Origin: Candidatus Thorarchaeota archaeon
Lineage (GTDB): Archaea; Asgardarchaeota; Heimdallarchaeia; Hodarchaeales; Hodarchaeaceae
Reading direction: 5' to 3'
NCBI GenBank assembly: GCA_048882505.1
Contig: JBHLRO010000058.1
Span: 1-6,237 of the forward strand
DNA: 6,237 bases
Below the pieces are notes generated by a model that did no database searches, had not been told where the DNA came from, and worked only from the letters and a program-made list of their open reading frames with translations. Made by a program: the position numbers and the translations under genes. Positions 6,233 to 6,237 of the stretch are shown here, piece by piece (the first letter of the stretch is position 1; the number at the start of each line of letters is the position of its first letter).

Positions 6233-6237
6233 TAAGG

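Noticed and set aside
6191-6237. 3' end of a convergent minus-strand gene (e.g. ...LRME-stop at 6221-6223)
   Set aside because: Too little sequence to distinguish from non-coding DNA.

Overview
Ordinary-looking prokaryotic chromosomal window, roughly 40% GC by eye and probably archaeal; an Asgard-like origin is only an inference from protein style. It holds five genes. (1) A 5'-truncated GAF-domain sensor histidine kinase (+) that runs in from the window edge. (2) A convergent FadD/LcfA-type long-chain acyl-CoA synthetase (-). (3) A metallo-beta-lactamase-fold hydrolase (-). (4) An NP-I (PNP/UDP) nucleoside-phosphorylase-fold protein with a TTG start and an atypical phosphate site (-). (5) A divergent aldo/keto reductase (+). 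I see no tRNA, rRNA, CRISPR array, transposase or defence gene. The best leads are modest: a possible acyl-CoA ligase/MBL-hydrolase module, an NP-I enzyme that seems to lack canonical phosphate ligands, a 260-bp spacer rich in alternative pairings, and candidate operators in two promoter regions. I cannot claim a clearly novel system from this sequence alone.
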